A stretch of 64,000 nucleotides of DNA from a phage. Positions 44,039 through 53,374 of the stretch are shown piece by piece (within the stretch, counting starts at the first letter, position 1; each line of letters begins with the position of its first letter). The notes below the pieces were generated by a model. The model was not told the DNA's origin and made no database searches. It was given only the letters and a program-made list of their open reading frames with translations. The position numbers and the translations under genes were made by a program. The stretch is from NCBI GenBank assembly GCA_024875585.1, contig GCA_024875585.1_4107.1; one strand, given 5' to 3'.

Positions 44039-44452
44039 ATGAAACTGTACCATGCGAGTACTGTAAAAATTGATAACTTTTATATCCCGTATGGTGGCCT
44101 TCATATGGGAGGCAAACATAGTGCTTTGGAAGCTGCATTACGCAAGCTAAGAAGCCCACTGAACGTTGTTGATGCTGATACAGTATACTTGCATACCTTA
44201 GAAGTGGACATTGATAACGTGCTTCTGTGTGAAGATTTAGGTAGTGATGATGAGTGGCGTTCACTTATTGAGAATTGCACTGCTCAAGGTTATGATGCTG
44301 TTCAGTACAAAAATGATTACGAGCCAGACAATGTTCCTAGCTTTATGATTTGGGATGCATCTAAAGTTCGCATCATTGAAGTTGATGCTATGCATATGGA
44401 TGATGCTGAAATGATTATCGAAGATTTTCTTGATGAATATGAAGGTGTATAA
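44039..44452 (+). CDS. hypothetical acidic protein (137 aa)
   Basis: ORF; no family motif. Confidence 0.55.
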   Translation: MKLYHASTVKIDNFYIPYGGLHMGGKHSALEAALRKLRSPLNVVDADTVYLHTLEVDIDNVLLCEDLGSDDEWRSLIENCTAQGYDAVQYKNDYEPDNVPSFMIWDASKVRIIEVDAMHMDDAEMIIEDFLDEYEGV

Positions 44453-44988
44453 TGTCTGACCCGATGGTAGCACTGGCACGTACTAAATTACTATTAAAGA
44501 TTGGTGAGATATTCACAGATCTTCTGTGCAATAAAATTGATATTACCGAGCTAGATATTAAGCAACCGTGGGAAGTGAGTATGTTCTCGGCGTTTCACCG
44601 ATTGTCATATAAAGGTGAAAGTGTTCTTGATTTTAACCCCAAAGCTAAATTCATAGATTATGCCGCGTTGTACAGAGCATTGCACCGAAATAGTTATTCA
44701 GGTTGTATAACAAATAACTTTGAACGAATTCAAGTTCAAACTGCATCACATGAGTTCAATGATTTACTCTATCCAGAATTTAATCTAACTGAAGAATTAC
44801 TTTTTCAGTACTCGTTAATTCTCACAAATCTAGAATCACTCGAGTACTACACAAAGTTAGTAGATATTTTTATGAATACACGACTTTCAAAAGATATTGT
44901 GATATTCTGGTATACAGAGCATGTTACGGAGGAATTGCTTACTGAATTTCTTCTAAATATGACAGCTATAAAGGAGAAGTTATGTTAG
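44452..44988 (+). CDS. Family B paralog
   Basis: ELLFQYSLILT; ATGA-type overlap. Confidence 0.6.
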   Translation: MSDPMVALARTKLLLKIGEIFTDLLCNKIDITELDIKQPWEVSMFSAFHRLSYKGESVLDFNPKAKFIDYAALYRALHRNSYSGCITNNFERIQVQTASHEFNDLLYPEFNLTEELLFQYSLILTNLESLEYYTKLVDIFMNTRLSKDIVIFWYTEHVTEELLTEFLLNMTAIKEKLC

Positions 44989-45455
44989 ATATTTTAGGAA
45001 ACATCGATACTGCAAATTATTTTATCCAAGACGCACTGTTTAATACACTACAAAAAGGTTTAGAAGTTCGTCACAATGTATACCAAGGTGATGGTTATTT
45101 CGTTGATATTGTTGAGGCACGAAAGAATACGTTTAATCTTAACATTACGACGCTTGGAAGACAGAACATTGCACGAATTTTAGTAAGTAAAGATGAAATA
45201 GTACTGAGATACAGTGCTAAGTTTATGTTGACGTACAAGAAAAAAACTGACATGTTCAGTACTAATTTATTTGATGAGCCATTTGACCTTGAAGATATTG
45301 AAGCTACCTTCTTTACTCAAAGTACTATGGTAAAATACACTGATGTTCAATTTTCATCAGACGTTATGTCTGAAACATTACAAATGATCAAGGTATTATT
45401 TTATGCATTTGAGCAATTCAGAGAAGAAAGAAATAAGGTTAACAACCACAGATGA
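44982..45455 (+). CDS. Family B paralog
   Basis: EATFFTQSTMVK. Confidence 0.55.
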   Translation: MLDILGNIDTANYFIQDALFNTLQKGLEVRHNVYQGDGYFVDIVEARKNTFNLNITTLGRQNIARILVSKDEIVLRYSAKFMLTYKKKTDMFSTNLFDEPFDLEDIEATFFTQSTMVKYTDVQFSSDVMSETLQMIKVLFYAFEQFREERNKVNNHR

Positions 45456-45816
45456 ACTAATAGAGGCGATCACTAAGGATTCAAAATACCATAAAGGTAT
45501 TCGTCTATACTTTATAGATAATGGTTCGATGGAAGGTACATACATTTATGGTTCACAATCATTGTCTTATGATGCAATGCCAGATAAACATGTTAAAATC
45601 TTTCTAGGTTCAAGTAATAAAACTTTCTTGACAATTAATGATAACAGTGTTATTATGAATTCCCTGGGTCATGACAAAGTAGAAATTGACCTAAACACAT
45701 TAGAAGAAATGGATTTTTTTCAATACGAGTGTTTAGGCGTTGACTTACATGGTATCAGTAGTGATATGATAAAATCATTAATTAAATATTTCGAAGGTGT
45801 TTATAAATGTATCTAA
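45403..45816 (+). CDS. Family B paralog
   Basis: EMDFFQYECLG; overlaps previous ORF by ~50 nt, start uncertain. Confidence 0.5.
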   Translation: MHLSNSEKKEIRLTTTDELIEAITKDSKYHKGIRLYFIDNGSMEGTYIYGSQSLSYDAMPDKHVKIFLGSSNKTFLTINDNSVIMNSLGHDKVEIDLNTLEEMDFFQYECLGVDLHGISSDMIKSLIKYFEGVYKCI

Positions 45817-46313
45817 CTAAATCGATGAAAAATTCATTAGATAATATAAAGAGTGTAATTAGTGGTGAGTATATTGCTAGTGTAACACAAACTGCTGACC
45901 AGATACAAAGTAGTTCTAGTGATTGTACTGTGATTCTCGGTTTACACAGTCTACGTTTATCAATAGTAAATAATATTGACAACACTGCTATTGTAATCAC
46001 ACCATGTCATATTCAAAATGAGAATGGTGTATATCTTCATCACATGGGAACAGTATTTTACATTTTCAATACAAACAATACACTCGAAACAATTATCAAA
46101 GAATATAATACACTTAACATTGATCCGGGTGAATTATTTCAGATGAGTACGTTGTATTCATGTGATTTTACAGATACCTCACATATTTTACCATTTTTCT
46201 TGGAAATTCTAAAGAAAATGGAAAAATTAAATCGTGAATACAATAAAAAAATGGTTCCAGAAGCTATATTAAATATTACTGATGCTATGAAAAAATATAA
46301 AGCAGTGCCTTAA
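45807..46313 (+). CDS. Family B paralog
   Basis: GELFQMSTLYS. Confidence 0.6.
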   Translation: MYLTKSMKNSLDNIKSVISGEYIASVTQTADQIQSSSSDCTVILGLHSLRLSIVNNIDNTAIVITPCHIQNENGVYLHHMGTVFYIFNTNNTLETIIKEYNTLNIDPGELFQMSTLYSCDFTDTSHILPFFLEILKKMEKLNREYNKKMVPEAILNITDAMKKYKAVP

Positions 46314-46357
46314 TAAAAAAACGCACATGGAGTGCATATGAAGATCAAGGATAGATC

Positions 46358-46831
46358 ATGGAGATTAAAACTGTTGAAAATGGGAAAATTGATGACATTT
46401 TAGACTTGGACGCATTCAAAGTTCATGATATAATGTTTAATGTGAAGGACATTATTCAATGTCTGTTTTTATGCAGCAAGACTATGCATGATTTTTTTCA
46501 CAACCCGAATACTAATGTTTTTATACTTACAATCAGTACTGAAAACTCGTTCATCATGGGTATGCCCATGAGTACAAATGAACAGTATATTGATTGTGTT
46601 ATTCGCAATAATGATTGTATTACCCCACAATCTGAAGTTCGCAAAAAGAAAAACACTTACACAATCAAAGATGATAAAATCATGATGTGTTGCAGTAAAG
46701 GATTTATATTGGACAATTTCATCGTCAAAGATAGTTATCATGACTTTAAAATTTCCGAAAATCAATCCAATGTAGTTCTTTATGCTAGTGATATCGAAAG
46801 TTTAACAGTCAAAGATCCTAGTTTGGAGTAA
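46358..46831 (+). CDS. hypothetical protein (157 aa)
   Basis: ORF; no family motif. Confidence 0.55.
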   Translation: MEIKTVENGKIDDILDLDAFKVHDIMFNVKDIIQCLFLCSKTMHDFFHNPNTNVFILTISTENSFIMGMPMSTNEQYIDCVIRNNDCITPQSEVRKKKNTYTIKDDKIMMCCSKGFILDNFIVKDSYHDFKISENQSNVVLYASDIESLTVKDPSLE

Positions 46832-46833
46832 GT

Positions 46834-46965
46834 ATGGCTAAGAAAGTAAACAATTTCGTACAGAAACACATGAATGAGTTTAACAAGCCTCAGACACATG
46901 TGGATCGTAAAAAAGAAATGAAAAATGGTAAAGTAAAACACAAGTCGAGATTTATTCTCGACTAA
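46834..46965 (+). CDS. small basic protein (43 aa)
   Basis: ATG after SD GGAG; MAKKVNNFVQKHM...; terminator hairpin overlaps 3' end. Confidence 0.45.
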   Translation: MAKKVNNFVQKHMNEFNKPQTHVDRKKEMKNGKVKHKSRFILD

Positions 46966-46971
46966 TTTTTT
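46944..46971 (+). terminator. rho-independent terminator
   Basis: GTCGAGA-TTTAT-TCTCGAC then TAATTTTTTG. Confidence 0.5.
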
Positions 46972-46994
46972 GTCTAAATTTTTGAGGATTGTAT

Positions 46995-47843
46995 ATGTTG
47001 GACATTTCAGATTTTCTTAATTTTAAAAAGTATTCAGTACTTGAACATATCAACGAATTTCTGAATTCCCCAACACCATTTGGTATCAGTACATCAGATT
47101 CATACGATGGATATAGAATCTTCCCATGCAATGACTTTCAAATTTCTGTCAAAAAAGGTTTTACAAAAGAAGTTGCAATTCGTGATGTAGTAATGTATAG
47201 CGATTCTTCTATTTCTTACTGTCATGATGTGAACAATTTTGAATCTCTTTCAACACCTAATTGTTCATACTACAAATCCCATGACACGATGATGTATAAA
47301 GAACAACATATCAATGGTGTTTCGTTCTACAAAACTAGCAGTGATAAATCATATACATCTAGAGATGATTTTGGAAAATACACATGTACTATGCACACGG
47401 ATAATGAAAAAACAAATTACACTCATTCATTCGAGTCCAAATTCCAAGAGAGTGAAGTTTCAAATATCACTATACAAGAACAGGTTTCAGAAGGCATTGT
47501 ATATCGTAGTACTGCATTCTTTCGCATGAAAGATGTTGCCACAGGCAGACCAATGATGTACAATATTGACATATACATGAAAGGTGATATATCAGAAGTA
47601 GTGATTAGTACTGGTTATCGTGAAAAATATACAGTTACAATGGAATCACCAGATGCATCGTTAGTTCACCTCTTTAACAATTTATATACATTCCAATTCG
47701 AACTTAGTTTAGACTACAATGAATATCAAATATTCGATATATTAAAAAGTAATATTATTAATAAGTTAGAATATTACTACAAGTTAGGTGGTAAGATGTG
47801 CATAGTTAATACTATGTTACATAACATAAAAGAAACATTATAA
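46995..47843 (+). CDS. hypothetical protein (282 aa), possibly divergent Family B
   Basis: start at ATG after SD GAGGA (track TTG 46989); C-terminal YTFQFELSLDY. Confidence 0.55.
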   Translation: MLDISDFLNFKKYSVLEHINEFLNSPTPFGISTSDSYDGYRIFPCNDFQISVKKGFTKEVAIRDVVMYSDSSISYCHDVNNFESLSTPNCSYYKSHDTMMYKEQHINGVSFYKTSSDKSYTSRDDFGKYTCTMHTDNEKTNYTHSFESKFQESEVSNITIQEQVSEGIVYRSTAFFRMKDVATGRPMMYNIDIYMKGDISEVVISTGYREKYTVTMESPDASLVHLFNNLYTFQFELSLDYNEYQIFDILKSNIINKLEYYYKLGGKMCIVNTMLHNIKETL

Positions 47844-47859
47844 ATCTGGAGGATTTGGT

Positions 47860-48153
47860 ATGGATACTAAATTCAAAATTATTTTTAAAACTAAGCCGTA
47901 TATTCCACATACAGCAGAACGTTTTATACCACATGATGCAGAGGAAATTATTCATCAAGATGGTACAAAGTTATATCTAGTGCCATGTTCATATGAACGT
48001 GCAGTAGAAATGTTACTCATGAATTCTAAATTATGTACAAACAAGTACATTAGTTACTTATATAATGAACATATTTTAGATTTTAATGATGAAAATATGT
48101 TTATTCTGGCAATTGAAGATTTTAATAATTGGTACAACATTATTAAAATCTGA
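47860..48153 (+). CDS. hypothetical protein (97 aa)
   Basis: ORF+SD GGAGGA. Confidence 0.65.
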   Translation: MDTKFKIIFKTKPYIPHTAERFIPHDAEEIIHQDGTKLYLVPCSYERAVEMLLMNSKLCTNKYISYLYNEHILDFNDENMFILAIEDFNNWYNIIKI

Positions 48154-48160
48154 TAAAATA

Positions 48161-48190
48161 TTGTGAACATATTAAATCTTTATGATATAA
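48161..48190 (+). promoter_or_regulatory. promoter with TGATATAAT -10 inside inverted repeat GTGAACAT...ATGTTCAC
   Basis: TTGTGA, ~18 nt, TATAAT; 8-bp inverted repeat flanks the -10; T-run follows. Confidence 0.45.
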
Positions 48191-48223
48191 TGTTCACATC
48201 TTTTTTTGATAATGGAGATATAG

Positions 48224-48610
48224 ATGAATACAAGTTCAATCCTAAAAGCAATTGGTGGTGTTTTACTTATTGAAGTGAAAGGTGAACCAAAACTGTGCTG
48301 TTTGGAAGATATGAAGAATACAAAACACTTCAGTACTGGTCAGATTTTTAATGCCATTCGTGTTCTAAATGATAAATCAATCGCTGATTATGGTAAAGTT
48401 TGGCCTGTATATCAAAACGCAGATGGTGATATCAGTTCTGACTGGAAAACCATTGAAGCAGTCCGACAAAGTTGTGATAGCGACTGGGACTTCATTGTAG
48501 AAGTATGTGACCAACTTCAAGAAGATGTACCAGAAATTGTGGAACGAAAGGAAGTTCTGGCAAATCTAGAAAAGTTCCGTCATGGAACACTACCATATGA
48601 TACAATCTAA
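48224..48610 (+). CDS. hypothetical protein (128 aa)
   Basis: ORF+SD AATGGAGATA. Confidence 0.65.
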   Translation: MNTSSILKAIGGVLLIEVKGEPKLCCLEDMKNTKHFSTGQIFNAIRVLNDKSIADYGKVWPVYQNADGDISSDWKTIEAVRQSCDSDWDFIVEVCDQLQEDVPEIVERKEVLANLEKFRHGTLPYDTI

Positions 48611-48660
48611 TCTACTTATTAAAAAATAGCTAGTTAACATTATATAAAAAGGAATTTAAA

Positions 48661-48966
48661 ATGGAAGATAATGGAATGAAATTTGATATGTTTGAGGGTG
48701 TACCTGAGTTTGATTTTAACAAACTAGAAAATGGTGAAGAGTCAGAACTCGTTAGTGTTACACTTAAAGCAGATTCTAAAAAGAAATATTCATCAACGGT
48801 ACGTTCACGTTCACAAGAAGAATATGAATCTTTCATTGAAAGTATTCATTATGAAACATTATATCATAAAGATGGAACTCCATATGAAGTACGTGTAACA
48901 GTACTGAAGCCTGAAGTGAATCCAATGGAAAATCTACGTCCTGTTTACTGCTGGGCAAGTCACTAA
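48661..48966 (+). CDS. hypothetical protein (101 aa)
   Basis: ORF+SD AAAAGGAAT. Confidence 0.65.
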   Translation: MEDNGMKFDMFEGVPEFDFNKLENGEESELVSVTLKADSKKKYSSTVRSRSQEEYESFIESIHYETLYHKDGTPYEVRVTVLKPEVNPMENLRPVYCWASH

Positions 48967-48975
48967 TAAACCAAT

Positions 48976-49004
48976 GGACGGGATTTCATATCTCGTCCTT
49001 TTTT
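48976..49004 (+). terminator. rho-independent terminator
   Basis: GGACGGGA-loop-TCTCGTCC then TTTTTTAT. Confidence 0.65.
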
Positions 49005-49017
49005 ATATGGAGATTTT

Positions 49018-49872
49018 ATGAAACTTTATCTAATAGTTGACTATAATAAAGAATATGCTGGAAATTTTTCTGAAGATTCAGAAGGACATTGTACCTCTAC
49101 TAATGTTAATGTGCGTTCCAGTAATACACATGAGCATGAATCAATTACTAATCTAAAAAATTTCATCACATATCGAGCCTTTGAAACCAATTTTTGTCGT
49201 TCGAGATATTCTAAGTTTGAGTACCCATTAATTGATGTTCCTGATGAATTGATGTTCCAGCTAATGTTAACTGGAGTTCAAGATTATGATTATATTGCTT
49301 ATAATCACATAACAAAGAAGATTTACATTGGAACATCAGTACACGATACTTCCATGTATGCATCATGCCCAGATGATCGAATGAAGCATAGAAATTCATA
49401 CTATAGTGGATCAGTTGGTTCAAATAATTCATCAAATAAAAATTCATTCTTTGAGTACGTGTATGATTACCATCACGAGAAAAAAGAACGTGAAGATTAC
49501 TGTATAGAGATTGATAGTACTAATGGATATGAAGACGTAAAAGAAGCTCTTATGCCATACATTATAGAAAAATACTACAAAGATTTTCAGTACTGTAGTA
49601 ATTTTCTAATCAGAAATTCTATTCAAATCGGTCGTCAATCCACTGCATACGCTATGTACTACAGTGATTCTCCAGTTGTAGCAGGAAATGAAAGGGGTGA
49701 TATCCTACCAATTCCACGTGAAGATATGACATTCATTTTTACATCTTTTATTGAGGATGATGAATTGTACGTTAAAAATAAGCATCGTTTCATGCCAAGT
49801 AAAATTGAGATTATTAGAAGCATCAGTGTTGATATATTAACCAATTTTACTGAAAAAACTGAATATAACTGA
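49018..49872 (+). CDS. Family B-related protein (284 aa)
   Basis: DELMFQLMLTG motif near N-terminal third; SD ATGGAG. Confidence 0.6.
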   Translation: MKLYLIVDYNKEYAGNFSEDSEGHCTSTNVNVRSSNTHEHESITNLKNFITYRAFETNFCRSRYSKFEYPLIDVPDELMFQLMLTGVQDYDYIAYNHITKKIYIGTSVHDTSMYASCPDDRMKHRNSYYSGSVGSNNSSNKNSFFEYVYDYHHEKKEREDYCIEIDSTNGYEDVKEALMPYIIEKYYKDFQYCSNFLIRNSIQIGRQSTAYAMYYSDSPVVAGNERGDILPIPREDMTFIFTSFIEDDELYVKNKHRFMPSKIEIIRSISVDILTNFTEKTEYN

Positions 49873-49902
49873 GACAAAATAGAAGTTAATGATATAATGT
49901 GA

Positions 49903-49931
49903 GGTGACAGTATATACTGTCACCTTTTTTT
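49903..49931 (+). terminator. rho-independent terminator
   Basis: GGTGACAGTATATACTGTCACC then TTTTTTT; preceded by TGATATAAT box. Confidence 0.7.
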
Positions 49932-50500
49932 AATCCTGAAAGGTTCCTATAAGGAAATGATTAAAAGCCTAATCCACTCGAAAATGTAGAGGGTAGATGA
50001 GTAGTCCTTTCAGTACGAACAGCAGATGAAACCCGTTAGATGATGGCATAGTTTGAACCACTCACGGCAATGCGGCTGTATAAAGAACTCCAATAGGATA
50101 AAGAGAGTTCCTAGATAGACATATAAGGATCGCACCTTACCAATTATCTAAGGGAGATTTCATAAGAAATATGCGGTCGGAATTATACAATATAGTTGCG
50201 TCCAAATTTTGTGAAATCAAATACAAGTACTGGTCATATGGTATTTGTATTATGTGTCGGGATGTTTAAGACCGACGACCGTTGCTACAAGAACCGCGAT
50301 AGAGAGAAACAGAGCAACCCGCTTTCGTCTCGTAAGAGAATTCGTGATATGAACTATGTGAAGGCCACCAGCGTCAAACTTTTTTGTTCTTTCCCCTGCG
50401 GGGGGGGATGAAATATGCTCAAGCAAACCTCGTCAATATTAATTAAAAGACTTTATAATACTTGTAGAATTGTACATGCACCGCATGGAGAATTCTACTG
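49932..50500 (+). ncRNA. candidate structured non-coding RNA / ORF-free GC-richer region
   Basis: ~570 bp with no RBS-preceded ORF, visibly higher GC than flanks, several local hairpins; identity unknown. Confidence 0.3.
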
Positions 50501-51097
50501 ATGTTGATTACATCAACATCACGTATATTCATTGATGTTTCCATAGGAATAATGATGGCATTTATTAAAAAAGAAAAAACTATTACTTATAAAACTTTGA
50601 ATTTTGATGATTGTATTAATCAATCACAGGACGAAAATATTTTTACTGGATATGTGGTTATTAAAGAAAAAGGATGCATTTCTTATATAAAGGAATTGCA
50701 AAATGGCATTGAAGTCACTTCAGTTAAATTACTTCCTACACAAAAACCAACAATATCAAAAGCCCAGTACGGTAATTATTTCGAGGAAAGATACAGTAAT
50801 AATTTAATAAGTGTTAAAGCTCATATTGTAAAAGGAGAACTAGAAGGAGAATATAGAAAATTCAACCCACAAGGAAAATGTGTTTGGGTTAAATACTACA
50901 ATTCAGGTGTTGATATAACATCTGAAATTATAGAGTTCTTAGGGTTGTCATGTACACCTGAAACTCTTCATGACTACAAATTTAATACTGAAGAAGAGTT
51001 TAATCTGATGATGCGTTATGGATCACATTTTAAATTTTTATATGAATATAACGTTGACAGTAGTATTTTTGATAAAATAGTACATAACTGTCTATAA
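50501..51097 (+). CDS. hypothetical protein (198 aa), possible MORN/YwqK-like repeats
   Basis: ORF+SD GGAGAA; GEYRKFNPQGKCVWVKYYNSG repeat-like segment. Confidence 0.55.
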   Translation: MLITSTSRIFIDVSIGIMMAFIKKEKTITYKTLNFDDCINQSQDENIFTGYVVIKEKGCISYIKELQNGIEVTSVKLLPTQKPTISKAQYGNYFEERYSNNLISVKAHIVKGELEGEYRKFNPQGKCVWVKYYNSGVDITSEIIEFLGLSCTPETLHDYKFNTEEEFNLMMRYGSHFKFLYEYNVDSSIFDKIVHNCL

Positions 51098-51113
51098 CAA
51101 AAGGATTTATATA

Positions 51114-51635
51114 ATGTCGAAGAAGGATACTTCGAATAAGCACTCAGTTCATTTCAGTACTGGAAAAGATAACTGGACAACCCCAAAAGATTTTTTTGAA
51201 GATTTAGATGAGTTATGGGGATTTACACTTGATGCTGCTTGTGTAGATGAGACTGCATTGTGTGATAATTTTTTCACTCCAGAAGATGATTCACTGTCAC
51301 AGGATTGGGGAAATAATATAGTTTGGTTGAATCCACCATATAGTGACTTAAAAACATGGTTATCTAAAGCTGTAGATGCATATAATAACGGAGCAACTGT
51401 AGTTATTCTTGTACCCTCAAGAACCGATACAATTGCTTTTCAGGATTATGCTGCTAAAATATGTGATTGTATTTGTTTTATTAAGGGAAGATTGCGATTT
51501 GGTATACCAGAAGAACCCGATAAGAAAACTGATTCAGCACCATTTCCTTCGTGTCTGATAGTTCTGGATAAGTACTTAACCACTGCTAAAATCAATTGTC
51601 TTAAATCTCTCGGATTGGTGATGAAGAATTTATGA
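51114..51635 (+). CDS. dam: DNA N6-adenine methyltransferase (phage Dam family)
   Basis: WTTPKDFF...FTLDAAC...VWLNPPYS: catalytic NPPY motif and upstream blocks typical of the small phage Dam family. Confidence 0.8.
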   Translation: MSKKDTSNKHSVHFSTGKDNWTTPKDFFEDLDELWGFTLDAACVDETALCDNFFTPEDDSLSQDWGNNIVWLNPPYSDLKTWLSKAVDAYNNGATVVILVPSRTDTIAFQDYAAKICDCICFIKGRLRFGIPEEPDKKTDSAPFPSCLIVLDKYLTTAKINCLKSLGLVMKNL

Positions 51636-52165
51636 AAGAAACATGTATATTATCATTTATGAGATGTAACCCAGTCCACAATGGACATGGTTTAGTTTTT
51701 GAAAAGGCCAAAACATTACAAGAACAGTACAATGCTGATTTAAAAATTTATCTAAGCACTAGTACTGACAATATAAAAAACCCACTACCACCTGAACTAA
51801 AAATGTATTATACAGAGGGATTCTATCCTTCAGTGCAAGAGAACATCTACACAGAGGACAATCTATTTGATATAATGAGAGAACTGGATGGAAAGTACTT
51901 AGATGTTCTCTTCATATGTGGTTCTGACCGTATTGATTCTTTTCAGAAAACCCTTGACACTTACAATGGGAAGTTGTATAATTTTTGTAATATAAAAGTA
52001 ATTCAAGCAGGTATTGACCGCCAATCAAGTCGATATAGCTCAACACAAATGCGTAAGTTTGCCAAAAATGAAGATTTTGATAGTTTTCGTGAGTTTTTGC
52101 CTGGAAATGACGAGAACTTAAAAATTCAATTATTTGAAGATGTTATAAAATACATGAGGAAATAA
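51632..52165 (+). CDS. nucleotidyltransferase, NMN/NaMN adenylyltransferase-like
   Basis: N-terminal HNGH (HxGH) and C-terminal SSTQMR (SxTxxR) motifs of cytidylyltransferase-fold enzymes; ATGA overlap with dam. Confidence 0.55.
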   Translation: MKETCILSFMRCNPVHNGHGLVFEKAKTLQEQYNADLKIYLSTSTDNIKNPLPPELKMYYTEGFYPSVQENIYTEDNLFDIMRELDGKYLDVLFICGSDRIDSFQKTLDTYNGKLYNFCNIKVIQAGIDRQSSRYSSTQMRKFAKNEDFDSFREFLPGNDENLKIQLFEDVIKYMRK

Positions 52166-52167
52166 TT

Positions 52168-52461
52168 ATGTCAGTACTGTTCAAAACTAATCCAGTACTT
52201 TGGGAACAAAATGAACAATCAGGATTTCGTTCCATCCATGTTGAATACAAAGGTAATACAGTAGTTGCAATTATTGCTAACAAAACTCTAGGAAAATGGA
52301 CCGCACAGGTTGTTCCTATGGGCTATTCTTATACATCTGATGAGGTTCAATTTTTAGCTGAACTTTATCGTCAAGTTCCTTTTATTATTAATGTGTTAGA
52401 AGGCAATGATACATTATCACATGAAGATGTGATTGATTTTCTTGGAAACTTACATGTGTGA
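52168..52461 (+). CDS. hypothetical protein (97 aa)
   Basis: ORF 3 nt after previous stop. Confidence 0.6.
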   Translation: MSVLFKTNPVLWEQNEQSGFRSIHVEYKGNTVVAIIANKTLGKWTAQVVPMGYSYTSDEVQFLAELYRQVPFIINVLEGNDTLSHEDVIDFLGNLHV

Positions 52462-52741
52462 TGAAATAAATCTTACAGGATATTTTTTACAAGAATCTAT
52501 GATCAAATTTAGTGAACATTTCCCAGTACTGGATGGTATCGAAATGTGGCATGTCAAACCACTGTTTCACACTTTCAGTAAAGAGCACAAAATGTTATTG
52601 ACTGAAGCGAGTAAATCAAATAACATATGTGAAATCAAAATTGGTGTAAATGTCTATAAAGGGATGGTTATCTTTTTTGACAATAACAGCAACTACTTTT
52701 ATATTGTTAAGGAGCAATACGTTGACAAATACAAATACTAA
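52454..52741 (+). CDS. hypothetical protein (95 aa)
   Basis: first ATG of track ORF 52433. Confidence 0.45.
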   Translation: MCDEINLTGYFLQESMIKFSEHFPVLDGIEMWHVKPLFHTFSKEHKMLLTEASKSNNICEIKIGVNVYKGMVIFFDNNSNYFYIVKEQYVDKYKY

Positions 52742-53330
52742 TACATACTTCCGTTATCTTCGTTTAGGTCTTTCCCTTCGACCAATCCGTGGAAAGTGTG
52801 ATTCACTCGCAGACCTTGACTATGCATATGCATTACATCATGAGGGTGTACAGTATGTATTGGGTGATTATGGTGAATTTGAAGAAACAAATGACAGTAC
52901 TGGAATTAATGCTGGTGTAGAAAATCTCAACAACATTGCAAACAGTTCGCGTCATGATATTGTGTTACAGATTCAAAACTTTATTGAGCAACACACTGGT
53001 AAACGTGTTTGGTGTTATGTCGGAACTGATGCACAAATGTCTATTTCATTCGGTAATGATGACGGATATGTCGCACAGCTAATTATGGATTTTGAATCTG
53101 AAGAGAAGTTTTTAGAATTTAAAGATAAAATCATCAAATCACTCGTTGATATGGGTATCCCAGAAGATAAAATGCCAGAAGTTCAAAACATTGATGAATT
53201 TGTTTTGATTCCATCTGATGAGAAATACGATGCTATGTTTTCTGCTCTTAATATTCCAGGAGTCATTGTGGAGTACTTTGATGATGGTGATGATAGCATC
53301 TATATCGATTTAGATGACGATGATGAATAA
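52722..53330 (+). CDS. acidic protein with poly-Asp C-terminus (~202 aa)
   Basis: candidate TTG start 7 nt after AAGGAG (track 52650); ends DLDDDDE. Confidence 0.45.
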   Translation: MTNTNTNTYFRYLRLGLSLRPIRGKCDSLADLDYAYALHHEGVQYVLGDYGEFEETNDSTGINAGVENLNNIANSSRHDIVLQIQNFIEQHTGKRVWCYVGTDAQMSISFGNDDGYVAQLIMDFESEEKFLEFKDKIIKSLVDMGIPEDKMPEVQNIDEFVLIPSDEKYDAMFSALNIPGVIVEYFDDGDDSIYIDLDDDDE

Positions 53331-53335
53331 TATAT

Positions 53336-53362
53336 AGCCCGACATAAGTTCGGGCTATTTTT
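53336..53362 (+). terminator. rho-independent terminator
   Basis: AGCCCGA-CATAAGT-TCGGGCT then ATTTTTG. Confidence 0.75.
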
Positions 53363-53374
53363 GTAAGGGGAAAT

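Noticed and set aside
50196-50411. Track ORF of 71 aa in the GC-richer gap
   Set aside because: No SD, no plausible promoter context, Cys/Gly/Arg-rich product unlike neighbouring proteins; more likely a chance frame in non-coding or foreign DNA.
49932-50500. tRNA gene or group I intron in the GC-richer gap
   Set aside because: I found no T-loop-like GTTCGA.TCC with matching acceptor stem, and the conserved group I core elements were not convincingly present; no flanking gene appears interrupted. Kept only as an unclassified candidate structured region.
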